Of a DNA stretch of 64,000 nt, positions 63,776 to 64,000 are shown piece by piece. The stretch spans positions 17,349 through 81,348 of the forward strand of contig JAFUZV010000115.1 of assembly GCA_017476425.1 (NCBI GenBank). Reading direction: 5' to 3'. Position 1 is the stretch's first letter. Each line of letters opens with the position of its first letter. Origin of the DNA: Selenomonadaceae bacterium. GTDB taxonomy: Bacteria > Bacillota > Negativicutes > Selenomonadales > Selenomonadaceae. Under the pieces are notes generated by a model that worked only from the letters and a program-made list of their open reading frames with translations, did not search any database and was not told where the DNA came from. The position numbers and the translations under genes are program-made.

Positions 63776-63852
63776 AATGCGGAATTATGAATGCGGAATG
63801 CGTAATTAATAATTGATCCAATTCCGAATTCCTCATTCCGAATTAATTCGAC
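63776..63852. repeat. Eleven in-phase heptamers forming an imperfect long hairpin in the flgE 5' region
   Basis: Plus-strand units are AATGCGG AATTATG AATGCGG AATGCGT AATTAAT AATTGAT CCAATTC CGAATTC CTCATTC CGAATTA ATTCGAC. The first half is largely complementary to the second (16 of 19 in the best register). The array starts 5 nt from the SD complement CTCCTTC (63764-63770). Confidence 0.85.
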
Positions 63853-64000
63853 GTTCCTTGTCGATATTGCCGATTTCCATTCGTTTAATTATTTTCTGCT
63901 GCTACAATTTGAATTTTTGCAACTTACAATATCTATATCGAAATTTTATTTTCATTTCTTAAATATTTTTTAATTTCAAAAGTCGATAGAGATATTCATA

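Noticed and set aside
63853-64000. Sigma-28 (FliA/SigD) type promoter for flgE
   Set aside because: The best minus-strand candidate is TAAG-N16-TCGATAT (around 63935-63961). Plus-strand GCCGAT/GTCGATA strings also occur but face away from flgE. None matches TAAA-N15-GCCGATAA well enough to call without transcription-start data.
1-64000. Scan for CRISPR arrays, rRNA/tRNA genes, IS elements, integrases and long inverted repeats
   Set aside because: By eye I found no spaced direct-repeat arrays of 25-40 nt, no T-loop (GGTTCGAATCC-like) tRNA signatures, no rRNA-like stretches, and no transposase or integrase-like ORFs. The only repeat classes seen are the heptamer arrays, the 38-nt terminator duplication and the paralogous gene families. 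A proper tRNAscan, Infernal or ISfinder run was not possible.

Overview
AT-rich (by eye about one-third G+C, not computed) bacterial chromosomal segment with about 65 protein-coding genes. I recognised no rRNA, tRNA, CRISPR array, transposase or integrase. The gene content combines an LPS-type GT9 heptosyltransferase-like gene, a flagellar hook gene, a SCIFF peptide, TmcAL, a DUF512 protein and Gram-positive-style GGAGG/GAGGTG ribosome-binding sites. This looks like a low-GC diderm Firmicute (Negativicutes-like), which is inference only.

Housekeeping and metabolic content:
- a futalosine-type radical-SAM cluster (mqnC-like, two MqnE-like paralogs, an MTAP-like phosphorylase)
- an NCS2 purine permease, rluB, a D-Ala-D-Ala carboxypeptidase, coaBC, a signal-peptide CbiK
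- fruK plus two fructose-family PTS genes
- a rubrerythrin-like/TetR pair, an HpcH aldolase, an FtsW/RodA-family gene, trmB, lepA, flgE

Features worth a second look:
1. A compact precursor / PqqD-like / radical-SAM RiPP-type cassette whose 60-aa precursor has no Cys, Trp or Phe.
2. A family of in-phase 7-nt tandem repeat arrays in 5' leaders and intergenic spacers (flgE, a glycosyltransferase gene, both fructose PTS genes). Two of them share the same element next to the Shine-Dalgarno sequence.
3. An ~11.5-kb minus-strand flagellin-modification-type operon: a small membrane protein, five tandem GT2-TPR (GmaR-like) paralogs, a 1144-aa protein with two GT41 modules, metF and a FliB-like lysine methylase.
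4. A 13-G homopolymer near the 5' end of an FkbM-like gene. This gene, an orphan SPPY DNA methyltransferase and a PHP phosphatase are interleaved inside a livH-livM-livG operon.
5. An uncharacterised operon of two membrane/coiled-coil proteins plus a YkgJ Cys-cluster protein, beside a divergent RHH regulator and an HTH/Ser-Thr kinase pair.
6. A SCIFF precursor missed by the ORF track, with no adjacent maturase.

All family assignments come from motif recognition by eye. No database search was run.
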